Positions 26,867 to 39,377 of a stretch of DNA of 64,000 nt are shown piece after piece. Source of the DNA: Octopus vulgaris (taxonomy: Eukaryota). A model generated the notes under the pieces. It saw only the letters and a list, made by a program, of their open reading frames with translations. It had not been told where the DNA came from and made no database searches. Within the stretch, counting starts at the first letter, position 1; every line of letters starts with the position of its first letter. Position numbers and translations under genes: made by a program. The DNA lies in contig OX597820.1 in NCBI GenBank assembly GCA_951406725.2, positions 44,764,001 to 44,828,000 on the forward strand. Direction: 5' to 3'.

Positions 26867-28700
26867 TTAAAGGCATTCCAGCCATGACCATCCCATCTTT
26901 CTCATAAGTATTGCTTATTTTATGTGGTAGACTTAATCCCTCACTTGGTCCTTGGGTGATTGGTGGAGAGGAGTCCTCTGATGTAAGTATTTGAGCCAGT
27001 TCTTCAGTTTGGGGATACCTTTCTCCCTCCCTGTCCCTGGTTGTCTCAGAGGCCCTGTAAAGGGTTATGACCACAGCTTGCTTCCTAATTACATGGTTAT
27101 GGGTTCAGTCCTACTGTGTAGCACCTTGGGCAAGTGTCTTCTATGATAGCCTCAGGCTGACCAAAGCCTTGTGACTGGATTTGGTAGATGGAAACTGTAC
27201 AGAAGCTGGTCATGTGTGTGTGTGTATGTATGTATGTGTGTATGCATGTACATATTTACCATATTTGCTTGACAACCAATGCTGATGTGTTTATGTCCTT
27301 GTAACTTAGTGGTTCAGCAAAAGAGACCGATAGAATAAGTACTAGGCTTACATAAAATAAGTCCTGGGGTCGATTTCATCAACTAAAAACCATTTAAGAT
27401 GACTGAAACAAGTAAAAGAATAAAAGAAAAAAAAACAAACATCTGTGACTACTAAATTATCCAATGTCATCCCTTCTTCTTCTCTTTACAGGATAGTAGG
27501 GCATTTTGGCCATAATTTTTTGCAGGTTTAACAACCATGTCGAGGCTGTGTTATTATGAATTTTGGCTGTGTGGTAAGAAATTTGCTTCCCAACTACAAG
27601 GTTCCATGTTCAGCCCCATGGAGTGGCACCTTGTGCAATTGTCTTCTACTATAACTCCAACTGATCAAAGCCTTGTGAGCAGATTTGGTAGATGGAAACT
27701 GAAAGAAGCCCATCATATATATATGTATGTATGTATGTATGTGTGCAAGCATGTGTGTTTATGTTTGTGTTTTTTCACTCCCACCATTTGACAAGCATTG
27801 TTGGTTTGTTTACATCCCAGTAACTTAATGAAAAAGAGACTGATAGAATATGTTCCAGGCTTTAAAAAATAAGTACTAGAACTGATTTGTTTTACTAATT
27901 TCTTCAAAGCAGTGCCTAGCATAACCACAGTCTCATGAATGAAACAAGTAAAAGATAAAATGAAGCTACTGTGTGAATTTGAAAATAAATTACATTAAAA
28001 ATAGGTGGAGAAATTAAGAGGGGAGAAAGGGCTCCTACTGTGTAGTTTGACAAAAAAAAACATGATTATTAGATTAATATAACAAAAAGCTTACATTTAG
28101 GTCCAGCTAGAATGCTAGCTCCCATTGTTTTTCAATCAACATTTAGATGAAGTTAGTTATTTGTATAAACTAGCCACCAGTAGTGTAAATAGCAATCCAT
28201 GTGGAGCAAACAGCAGTTTGGGAACAGAATGATTCACTACCAAGAGTTTTTTTGGTATTTTTTTACAGATAAGTCAACACAAAAATAAAGAAAAAGAAAA
28301 AAATCAGGGAAAATCTAAAAACAACATTAAACTGTGTAAAATAGATAAATAGCTAATGTTTTGTTTTATATAATTTTATCTGAACTAAGATGGTATATAT
28401 TTACCATGATAGACAGACAAACAGACAGGTGTTCTTTGATCTCCTGAACAAGGTAATTATCTCTGTTGCAGGCTGATAAACATTTGTGTAAATAAACCAT
28501 TTAGCAGTGTACCAGCCAAGCTTGTAAGAAATTATGGAATGAAGTTCTGTGAGTTCAAATCAGATTGAATGCAGTGGGGATAAGGGAGAAATATGATGCT
28601 TTAGGCAGTGTCTTGAAGCAGGAGCGCACTGGACAGAGTTGTTTGGGGCCTCACAGGTATAGGGGCCCAATTCAGGCTTGTGGCTTAATGTCAATAAGTA

Positions 28701-28920
28701 TAATTGGAGTGCTGAAAAGTTCCTGTCTTTAAAGGTGTCGCGAAAGGCCTGGCCTGAGGCCCTACATTCTGAGTTCTTTTACAGAGCTTAGAAAAACTGA
28801 AGGACCACTGCAATAAGTGCATGAATCTGAGAGGGGAAAATGTTGAATAAAATCATAATTAACTGATCCTCTTGTATTTTCTTTCACCCAAAACCAGGAA
28901 CTTTTCAGCACCCCTTTGTA
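28701..28920. mobile_element. mariner-type MITE
   Basis: Inverted termini GTGCTGAAAAGTTCCTG / CAGGAACTTTTCAGCAC with TA flanks. Confidence 0.7.
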
Positions 28921-29167
28921 ACCACTACATAGGACCCAGTACATTGATTTACCCAGAAGCCTCACAGGTATATGGGTCCAATTATGATTTACGTATGCTG
29001 TGGGTTGCTATCAATAAATACTAGAGGCCAGTGCCTTGATTTGCCCAGGGGCCTACAATGCTGCTGAGATCTGGCTTCAGGACTGTCCCTTTATCTGAGA
29101 GAGAAAGATGTTTTGCAGATGTAGACCCTCCACTTTTCACCAGGTTCTAAAGATTTTGTTAATTATT

Positions 29168-29221
<54 letters not shown>

Positions 29222-29932
29222 CGTGCGTGCGTGTGTGAATGCCTACTTTCTGCACTTCACATGAAAATTACTGAGCTACAGAAAGTGACATTTGTTGACA
29301 TCAACCTGTCAACAATTCAGTCGGTAGCTCTGCACTTTCAAAGACTTGTAAAAAATGCATCGAAATATTTTTACTTGTTCTAAAGTGAGTCAGAATTTTA
29401 AAATTTTGATAACCCCTATACTATCTATATGACAGGGTGAAATTGTGAGAATAGAAAATTTACAATGCCAGCCTTGTTGCAACAGAACACAATTTCTTGA
29501 TAATTTTATTTTAGCTCAATGGTTATTGGAAGTGATGAATCTGGGTGGGAGATTAGAGTTCTTACTTTCATCAGAGAGGGAGGAGCAGGGGGGGGGGGGT
29601 AGGTGATGTCACTAGTTATAGGTAAACTATTTGTTCACTTGCAATTGAAGTGACAATTTCCCCATCTCTCTCTCCCTCCCTCTTTCTCTCTCTCTCACAT
29701 TCTTCATTCTCAGTCAAAGGACAAGAGCCCAGAACATCACATTCTTATTTCCTCACATCAACTGAACTTTATGTTGCCAAACCTCTTTACTCTTTTACTT
29801 GTTTCAGTCATTTGACTGTGGCGCCATGCTGGAGCACTGCCTTTAGTCAAGCAAATCGACCCCAGGACTTATTCTTTGTAAGCCTAGTACTTATGCTATC
29901 AGTCTTTTTTGCCGAACGGCTAAGTTACTGAG

Positions 29933-30971
29933 ACATTGTTGGTGCTTGTATGGCAGGTGCTAGTGTAACGAAAACAGCTGAAATGTTTGGTGTATCGAAA
30001 GTACTGTCTTGAAAGTAATTACAGCCTTTGAGAAAGAGGGAAAAACCTCCTCATCGAAACAAAACTCCGGAAGAAAACCAAAACTTTCAGAAAGGGACTG
30101 TCGGACTCTTACACAAATTGTTAGAAAGGATCACAAAAGTACAGCTCCCAAAATTACTGCAGAGCTTAATGACCACCTCGAGAACCCAGTTTGCACAAAA
30201 ACTGTTTGCTGGGAGCTGCACAAAGCCAGATTTCACGAAACAGCTGCAATCAGAAAACCACTACTTTAAAAAACAAGCATTTCAAAGCATTTAGAGTGGA
30301 GTAAAAACCTATAGAATTGGTTCCTAGAGCAGTGGGAGAAAGTTATTTTCCTGGACAAGTCATCCTTTACCTTATTTCTGACCAGTGGCCAAGTATACAT
30401 GTGGAGACAGCCAAAAGAATCATTTGATCCAGACTGCCTTCTTCCAACTTCTTCCAAACATGAAGGAGGATCTGTGATGACCCGGGGAGTGCTATATCTT
30501 GGAAATCTGCCGGTCCAATGGTTTCCCTTCATGGCAGAATTAATAGTCAAGACTAAGCATTTTATCTGATCAAATTCATCCTATGATTGCAGAACTGTTT
30601 CCGGAGAGAAACGCAATTTTTCAGGATAATAATGCACCAATTCACACAGCTAAAGTTGTTACTGAATGGCATGAGGAACATTCTAGTGAAGTTGAACATC
30701 TTATCTGGCCACCACAGTCCCCACATCTCAATAATATTGAATATTTATGGTGCATTTTAGGAAAACAAGTAAGGAGTCGATATCCTCCATCATAATCATC
30801 ACTACAAGAACTGGGGACTGTTTTAGCTGAAGAATGGACAAAAATTTCTTTGGAAACAATTCAAACTTTGTACAAGTCCATACCTTGTACAATTCAAGCT
30901 GCAATTAATGCCATATTAAAATAAATTTGTTTGAAATTTTAAGGTGTTTCCATTATTTTGTCCAACCCCTG
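29933..30971 (+). mobile_element. decayed Tc1-family transposon, 5' end lost
   Basis: Frameshifted transposase pieces SGRKPKLSERD.R.L, VIFLDKSSF, FQDNNAPIH, WPPQSPHLNNIE; 3' terminus ATTATTTTGTCCAACCCCTG. Confidence 0.88.
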
Positions 30972-31188
30972 TGTGTATGTATATATGTATATATATATAT
31001 ACTCCTTTAGACATTTCAGTCATTTGATTGTGGCCAAGCTACAGCACCACCTTTAGTCGAACAAATCGACCCCAAGACTTATTCTTTGTAAGCTTAATAC
31101 TTATTCTATAGGTCTCTTTTGCCAAACTGCTAAGTTTCGGGGACATAAACATTGGCTGTAAAGTGATGGTGGGGGGACAAACACAAAG

Positions 31189-31225
<37 letters not shown>

Positions 31226-31399
31226 CATGATGGGCTTCTTTCAGTTTCTGTCTGCCAAATCCACTCACAAGGCTTTGGCTGGTCTGAGGCTATAGTAGAA
31301 GACACTTGCCCAAGGTACCATGAAGTGGGATTGAACCTGGTACCATGTGGTTGGGAAGCAAGCTTCTTATCACACAGTCATGCCTGCAACTATCTATCT

Positions 31400-31450
<51 letters not shown>

Positions 31451-31454
<4 letters not shown>

Positions 31455-33910
31455 GAAATGAAGAAAATGCTGACAAAATAATTTAAGTAAGGGAGAGTGT
31501 ATTTAATTAGGTGAAAGTTCTTTTTTTAAACAAAAAAGGGAGAAAAATTGGGTTAGAATACAATGTTCATTTTTTGTGAATGATTTCAGTGTATAAGAAA
31601 AAAGTAAGAGTCTTTTACAGTGTTCTGTTTCAGAATAAGATATTTAGTAAAAGCGTGTAATATACAGTTTTTTGTGGAAAAGTTCAATGTCAGATTTCAG
31701 TGTAGAATAAAAAAAGTAAGAGTTTACCGATTGCGCATTTGTTATGCTTATCAAAAGATATTTTTCCTTTCTGATTGATTTTTTTCTCTTATCTGACTTT
31801 ATGTTGGGTTTGCTGTCTCTTATATGTGAAAAAAGAGGCTCCAGAGTTGTTTAAGATTTGCTTGGTTTCGCGCCTAAAATTTCTTGTGGACAATGGTCAA
31901 TACAATTTTGATTGGTCATTATAAAGGGGTCACGTGAATGTTTGAATGGAAGTTGGTGTTGGGGTAAGAAAATAGGCTCCAGAGATGTTAAAATTTGGCT
32001 GGTATCGCGCCTAAAATTTCTTATTGGTCATAATAAAGAGGTCACGTGAATGTGGTCATAATAGGGAGAGCACACAGGAACTTAGACGCCCTAAACCTGT
32101 TACATCGAAACCCCATACTCTACCATACATCTCTACACACAACCCCCTCAACAATGAAGCTTTTGATACCATCCTCCAGAACATTCCTGTATTAAAAAAG
32201 GACCATAGAATGAACCAAATCCTCCTAACACACGAAATCATAAAGAGCAAAAGGCAACCCAAATCATTGAAAACCATCCTAACAAATGCCAAAGTACTGC
32301 CAACCACAACAACAAAACCCACAGTAAACAAATGCAATAGACCCAACTGTGGTATATGCATCAACCTAATAGAAGGTCCGGAATTCCTTTTTAAACAAGG
32401 ACAACGTTTCACAGTAAAACACAACTTCACATGCGCATCAGAAAACCTAGTATATGTCTTAACTTGCTCGGGCTGTAATGAACACTATATAGGCCAAACT
32501 AGAAATAGCCTCCGCCAACACATGACTGTCCATAGATCCCAAATAAAACTACAGGAATACAGAAAAATAGCACTTAGTGCACATATTGATACCTGTGCCG
32601 CACAACTTCATCCCAATTTTAGAATCTTTCCCCTCTACAAATTTAAAGACAATGCCACTCATACCCAGCGAATAACCATGGAATCCCACCTTATTAATAA
32701 ATACAGACCACTTCTAAACACATCCCCCTAACACGAACCCACAACAAACACACTTATACCTGCACACACCCTACACACACTTTTACCCAGATATTAACAC
32801 CATGACACACGCAAATATATGGTTCCACACATACACATAATTTGATACGGGTGCAAAACATCCAACACTATTTTTTGGAAATGACTGTAAATATTGACTT
32901 CACACAAACACTTGCTTCCCAATACAGGCACAAGGCCAGCAGAACTATAAATATTGAAAATTGTACCCACACACGCACACATATATACAAGCACGCGCGC
33001 CCCAACACACACACACACACGCACGCGCACACATATACATACATATAGCTCTTCCTGTCCTAAACGAACTTACTTTTCCAGCTCAAATTCAGTCAAGCGG
33101 AAAATACACTCCTAAAAAGCTATTCAAAATATCCACATGACGTCTACTGACCAGCCTGAACAATAAGAATTTTCAACAACGCTATTTTCGAAAACTCCAT
33201 ACACCACCTACACCAACATTCATTCTAAACATTCACGTGACCTCTCTATTATGACCACATTCACGTGACCTCTTTATTATGACCAATAAGAAATTTTAGG
33301 CGTGATACCAGCCAAATTTTAACATCTCTGGAGCCTATTTTCTTACCCCAACACCAACTTCCATTCAAACATTCATGTGACCCCTTTATAATGACCAATC
33401 AAAATTGTATTGACCATTGTCCACAAGAAATTTTAGGCGCGAAACCAAGCAAATCTTAAACAACTCTGGAGCCTCTTTTTTCACATATAAGAGACAGCAA
33501 ACCCAACATAAAGTCAGATAAGAGAAAAAAATCAATCAGAAAGGAAAAATATCTTTTGATAAGCATAACAAATGCGCAATCGGTAAACTCTTACTTTTTT
33601 TATCCTACACTGAAATCTGACATTGAACTTTTCCACAAAAAACTGTATATTACACGCTTTTACTAAATATCTTATTCTGAAACAGAACACTGTAAAAGAC
33701 TCTTACTTTTTTTCTTATACACTAAAATCATTCACAAAAAATGAACATTGTATTCTAACCCAATTTTTCTCCCTTTTTTTTGTTTAAAAAAAAGAACTTT
33801 CACCTAATTAAATACACTCTCCCTTACTTAAATTATTTTGTCAGCATTTTCTTCATTTCCTTTTTTTATATATCACAACTCGTGTTCCACATCTCCTTTT
33901 AAATATATAT

Positions 33911-33920
<10 letters not shown>
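31451..33920 (+). mobile_element. Penelope-like retroelement (5'-truncated) with ~620-bp inverted arms, inserted in (TA)n
   Basis: Arm 31451-32068 is the near-exact reverse complement of 33242-33863; the arms enclose a GIY-YIG ORF; (TA)n tracts on both sides. Confidence 0.88.
32069..32731 (+). CDS. Penelope-like GIY-YIG endonuclease, C-terminal part of the polyprotein (RT missing)
   Basis: CNRPNCGIC linker, NFTCASENLVYVLTCSGCNEHYIGQTRNSLRQHMTVH, LSAH, ESHLINKY.P.LN; open to its stop. The first ~15 aa of the called ORF come from the inverted arm. Confidence 0.9.
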   Translation, partial: STQELRRPKPVTSKPHTLPYISTHNPLNNEAFDTILQNIPVLKKDHRMNQILLTHEIIKSKRQPKSLKTILTNAKVLPTTTTKPTVNKCNRPNCGICINLIEGPEFLFKQGQRFTVKHNFTCASENLVYVLTCSGCNEHYIGQTRNSLRQHMTVHRSQIKLQEYRKIALSAHIDTCAAQLHPNFRIFPLYKFKDNATHTQRITMESHLINKYRPLLNTSP

Positions 33921-33944
<24 letters not shown>

Positions 33945-35179
33945 TGATAGATAGATAGATAGATAGATATCATCATCATCATTTGCAGGATCCAACTGAA
34001 TGGAGGTATTTTAATAATAAGTACACCAAGTTAGAGTCGAGAGTAGCATATCCATCTAACAACAGTATACATGGACACTCACGCATATATTAATGTTTAT
34101 ACAGAAAAAAAATATAAAAATATATTCATTATGAGTCAGATCTTAAATGTCAAATTTTGGATTTATATTTTTATTTCCCCTGAAGAAAAAAAAAAGAAAA
34201 ATGTCTTTTTCATGCTGTAATTGATTTGTTCATCAATAAAAACGTGTCTGAAACAGCTGTTGTGAACCCCAGCGCACTTGTCTTCTTACTTATATATATA
34301 TATTGTTTAGAGACTCACTTGTTTTAGTCTTTGGTTTGCATCAAATTGCATAGAAGCAAAGTTTTTTAAGATGGAAATCACTAGCTATGTGACTTTTCCG
34401 AATATTCTCCATTAACCCTTTCGTTACTGTATTTCTTTTGAGATACTCTGTTTCTTTCAATTAATTTTAAATATAACAAAGAATTGAGTAAAATAACTTA
34501 ATCATCATTAAGCTAGTGTTAGGAACATAAATTGCGACTAAGGTTTGGTCGAAGATTTTAATTCAGAACTTTCGAAAACAAAACATTTGTACTACAGAGC
34601 CAGAGGCAATTTCAGCCAGGTTGGTATCAAAATTGTTAACCCACACAAAAAAAAAAACAAAAAAAAAAAAACTGTCATCTTTTTTAGCATTATTTCTCCA
34701 AAACTATTTTATATTCTTAGCTTGTTTTATTCTAAACGCATTGTTTTACAGCATACATTTTTAAATTCCTTGTTTTGTTGAGTTCTATTTTTAGAATAGC
34801 GAAGGCGTTACTCCAGCATGGTTACAGTCTAATGACCAAAACTAGGAAGAAGAATAAAAGAATTCTCCATGATTAGCTCTTAAGTACAAATGATGTCTGT
34901 GTTTACAATTCAATTTGCATATTTATATAAGAGACATGCATGGAAAAACAAGGCAAGTTATTACAGTTATAGTCACATGAGGCGAGCTGTTTCAAATCCA
35001 AGAAATTACGTTGAAGCCTTTGTTCTCTCATTTTGTGTGTGTGTGTGTGTGAGGGGGAGGGAGTTACTGGGGAGGGAAATAAAGAATGAATATTTTTGTT
35101 TTAAATACAAACCATTTAAATACTGAAAACAGTTAGTTTCACTATATATTCATATATTCATACCTAGCTGTCTATTTAC

Positions 35180-35247
<68 letters not shown>

Positions 35248-36949
35248 TAATCATCATCACCATCATCATTCTGATGCCCGCTTTCCCATGTTTGGATTAG
35301 ACTAAATTTATTGAGGTAGATTTTCTACAGCCAGATGTTCTCCTTGTCATCTACCCTCACCTGTTTTCAAGCAAGGTAATATTTTCCCATGGCTGAACTT
35401 TTTCACAGAAAACTTGAAACAAATACAAACACAATTTGCATGATGGTGACGCACATTTACAACAATCGTGCAATGTCAAGACAAAGACACACACACGCAT
35501 GCATGCACACACACACAAATATGGTAGGCTTCTTTCAGTTTCCATCTACAGAGCCCATTCACACAGCCTTGGTTGCTCTGAGAATATGATAGGAAACACT
35601 TGTTCAAGATGCCATGCAGTGGAACAGCCTGAAACCATGTCCGTGCCTAGGCCATATTTGAAGAAATAAAAGTGAATGAATGTACTTTACAAGACGTAAA
35701 GCTAGTTTTGCACCTAAATCACTGGAGTTTTACATTGGGGTACATCTTTTCAAGTAGAAGGCCATCATAGGTGATGTGACATTTTCTGATACTTTCTACA
35801 AATCCATCAAGGTTGTGTACTACAGCTAGTGTGTGTGACCATTTGTTTTTATGTCAGTTTTTCTATGCTAGCATGGGTTAGACAAGGTATTGTTTTATGG
35901 TAGGATGCCATTCCAGTGGCTAACCTTTGCTTGTTTTTCAAGTAAAGAATCTTTTATTCAATACATATTTAAAAGAACAAAGTAAACAGTCAATTTATTG
36001 TCAGAAGAAATGACGACTCTATGACTGCTTGTAATTGAGCAGTTTTGGAGAAGGGCAAAAGTAAACACAGAAACACATCAAATGCACATAAACCTACATG
36101 CAGTCACACATATCTGATGAGCTCCTTTAAATTTCTACCTACAAAATCTATTCACAGGGCTTAGGTTTGCCTGGGATTATAACACAAAACAGCTGCTCAA
36201 AGTACCATGCATACTGGGCCTCACGGAAGAGATGACAATAGACCAAGATGTTTGGCAATTTGAGGTTTTTGAAAAAACCTGCTCACCTCAGTAAAACTGA
36301 GTTCTGGAAGCATTGTATGTCTCACCCACATGTAACATTAAGTTTTCCACACATCCTGCCCAAATAAACCAAACTACATCTCTTCTCTTCCTCACATCTC
36401 TTCTTCATGCACTATGTTTATCTCTCCCTCCCCACTCCTGCAGCCCAATCCTGTCCCCCCATACTGTCTGCCAACTGTGTCATTACTATCCTGTCATCCC
36501 TCCACTATATACCCAGGTTTCACCACTCGCTACATTCCCCCACTCCTTTTGCATTCATATGAATTCCGTACTCATGCTCCTTGGATATAGAGTTCAATAC
36601 ATTTCTTCTGTAATTTTGACATAGTAAAAATAACATCCATTCGAGTGAGGTCGTTGTTAGTGCTGCTGGTACGTAAAAGTACCCACTACACTCTTGGAAT
36701 GGTTGGCGTTAGGAAGGGCATCCAGCTGTAGAAACTCTGCCAGATCAGATTGGAGTCTAGTGCAGCCATCTGGTTAGCCAGACCTCAGTCACCTCGTCCA
36801 ACCCATGCTAGCATGGAAACAGACGTTAAACGATGATGATGACTTTCCCCTCTTTTTGCTCTAAATCCACATTGACTTTCTGGAGAGCTTGATGGATATA
36901 CATGATGGACATGATGGAGAAGTCTTCAGAAGAACCTTCAAAAGATATC

Positions 36950-37430
36950 TTACCAAAGATTGAATGCAGAGAGGTACTCCAAAAGTTTCCACATTTTGTA
37001 TGTGGTAGAAAACTGCCTCTGGTTTATCAATTTATTTACCTTGGTAGTATGCATTTATGTTTTGTTATTTTGCATGAAATTTGAAATAGAATGGAAAGGG
37101 ATTGTATGGCTTTTACTAGGCTGGAAGCTTGAATATGGCCACAAACAGATGTGGGTATATGGACAAAATGTTTATAAGACTTGTGTCATTACGATATTTC
37201 TTTACAAATGTGCAACATGAACCACTCATCAGACTGTGTAAGGCAACTCAAGCATTTTCACCAGAAATGTATGAGATGCTTATTAGGAATATCTTATAAG
37301 TGTATGATTCCTAATACAAAAGTGCTTGAAGAGTCCAAGAATCTGACCATCATGACACTTCATAAAAAGCAGAATAAAATGGGTAGGTAATGTGTCACAG
37401 CTAAGTGATTGCCAACTACAAGTTTTCTCT
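36950..37430 (+). mobile_element. old RTE-type LINE fragment
   Basis: Frameshifted motifs FIYLGS, VYKTCV...LY, LKHFHQKCMRCLLGI..IPNTKVL. Confidence 0.65.
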
Positions 37431-37715
37431 GGCGAATTAATGAGCCAAATGGAAATACAAACTGCCCAGTAGCTAGGACTTTGGTACGAAGACTGAGATG
37501 TTTATTTAGCAAAACCCTCTTTCTGAGCCAGCCAAAAGCTACTGAGGTCTTTTTAAGTCAGTTCAGAATTATGTTGTCTACTGAGATGTCATTGGAAATT
37601 GTGCTACCAAGGGATCTGAACTATGACGGAATGGTTAATGCTGCTGTTGCATTGAGAGAATGGTGTGATGTGGACATTAACTATCAGACCAGTTCTTTTA
37701 TAAGCTATAATAGTT

Positions 37716-38062
37716 GATGAAGGTGCATGGCTCAGTGGTTGGAGCATCGGGCTCACAATCACGAGGTAGTGGGTTTGATTCCCAGACTGCGCAGTGTGTT
37801 GTGTTCTTGAGCAAGACATTATTTCATGTTGCTCCAGTTCACTCAACTGTAGAAATGGGTTGTGACATCACTGGTGCCAAGCTGTGTCAGCCTTTGCCTT
37901 TCCCTGAGATAACATCTCTGGTGTAGAGAGGGGAGACTGGTATACATGGGCATGGGTGACTGCTGGTCTTCCATAAACAACCTTGCCTGGACTTGTACCT
38001 CTGAAGAGAACTTTCTAGGTGCAATCCCATGATCATTTATGACCAAAGGGGGTCTTTACCTT
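37716..38062 (+). mobile_element. tRNA-derived SINE family C (second copy ~63077-63393, -)
   Basis: A-box TGGCTCAGTGG, B-box GGTTTGATTCCC, core CTTGAGCAAGACA, tail GGGGTCTTTACC. Confidence 0.8.
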
Positions 38063-38785
38063 TCTTAATAGTTACTGAAATGGTGGCTGGCAGGGCTTCT
38101 GGAGTGTGACTTATCAGAATACAGTCATTATTATAATGTAGTTCAATAATCAATTCAGATCTGATCTTAGTGGTGGCATGTAGCCCTCAAATATTGAAAA
38201 GATTCCAGTCCTGGTATCCAATGTTCATTGTGACTCCTGTCTTCTTTCCATCCTTCTGGGTAACAGTGTAGTTACACAGATGAGGAAAATATTCAACAAT
38301 AGGAGAAAGAGCAAGCAACCTTATCCTTGTATGCATTTATTCTGTATTTGTTAGAATGGAGAAAGTACATCAGAAGCATGTTGTCATTGATAAGGTCACA
38401 GGCTGTAATGAAAGAACTTTGACAAACCAATTAATCAAGTAATTAGTTGATTCAAAAATAATATAACTGAAGTGAGATACATCTTGTGTGATCTATTGGC
38501 AGAGGGACCCTCCCAAAGTACAATTTTTTCAAACACAATTTCACATCAAGAATCTTTTGTAAAACAAACACAAACATGCATGCATGCGTGCATGCACATG
38601 CACACACACACACCACACACAATGTATTACCAAATACTGAAACATATGTAACAAATGAAATAAAGAAATATCAAGTTCAAGCCCATGTTCCTTTCTCTCA
38701 TTGCGTATATATATATATATTAATAAGATAAGAATATAGAGAGGTAATTGATAAATTATTATTAATTAAAAAATTGACAAACATC

Positions 38786-38868
38786 CCTTACAGCTGTTTC
38801 AATTCAAGACCTTCAGAAAATTAATTAATAAAATTTAAAATGATTTAAAAGTTGAATCTCATCAGAGG
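38786..38868 (-). ncRNA. type I hammerhead ribozyme candidate (intact core)
   Basis: CCU-CUGAUGA-GAUUCAA...UUGAAUU-GAAAC-AGCU-GUA-AGG: all core nucleotides, 3-bp stem I, 7-bp stem II, palindromic stem III/loop. Confidence 0.75.
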
Positions 38869-39037
38869 TAGTTTAAGATACACAAAATAGGTGTTCAATT
38901 CTTGCATGTTGAGTAAGTGGCTATGTTCTTTATGTATAAATTTTATTAGTTAACGTTTGCAGCTGTTTACTCAAGATGCAGGACTTGAATACCTATTTTG
39001 TTTAAGAACACCTATTTTAGTTTAAGATATTAAACTA

Positions 39038-39120
39038 CCACTGATGAGATTCAACTTTGAACTAATTCTTGATTCTATTAATTAATTTTCTGAAGGTCTT
39101 GAATTGAAACAGCTGTAAGG
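39038..39120 (+). ncRNA. type I hammerhead ribozyme candidate (mirror copy)
   Basis: CCA-CUGAUGA-GAUUCAA...UUGAAUU-GAAAC-AGCU-GUA-AGG; core intact, one stem I mismatch. Confidence 0.7.
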
Positions 39121-39321
39121 AATATTTGTCAATTTTTTCATTAATAAAAAAAAATTTATTAATTACGTCTCTATTTTCTTAGCTTACTCAAATAAATATA
39201 TATAAACCTTGCAACATTCTTTGTATAGGTAACTAACCAGTACTTTCATATGATTTTACTATCCTCAATGAGATTTGTTACCTTTATTTGTGTCTGTGTT
39301 TATATACATACACACACACAC

Positions 39322-39377
<56 letters not shown>

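Noticed and set aside
32024-32731. Host GIY-YIG repair gene or homing endonuclease
   Set aside because: No genuine start; the CCHH/Cys-linker signature and inverted arms indicate a truncated Penelope-like element.
33648-33700. Second hammerhead half GAAACAG-AACA-CTGTA-AAAG in the Penelope arm
   Set aside because: No CUGANGA box or stem II at a suitable distance upstream.
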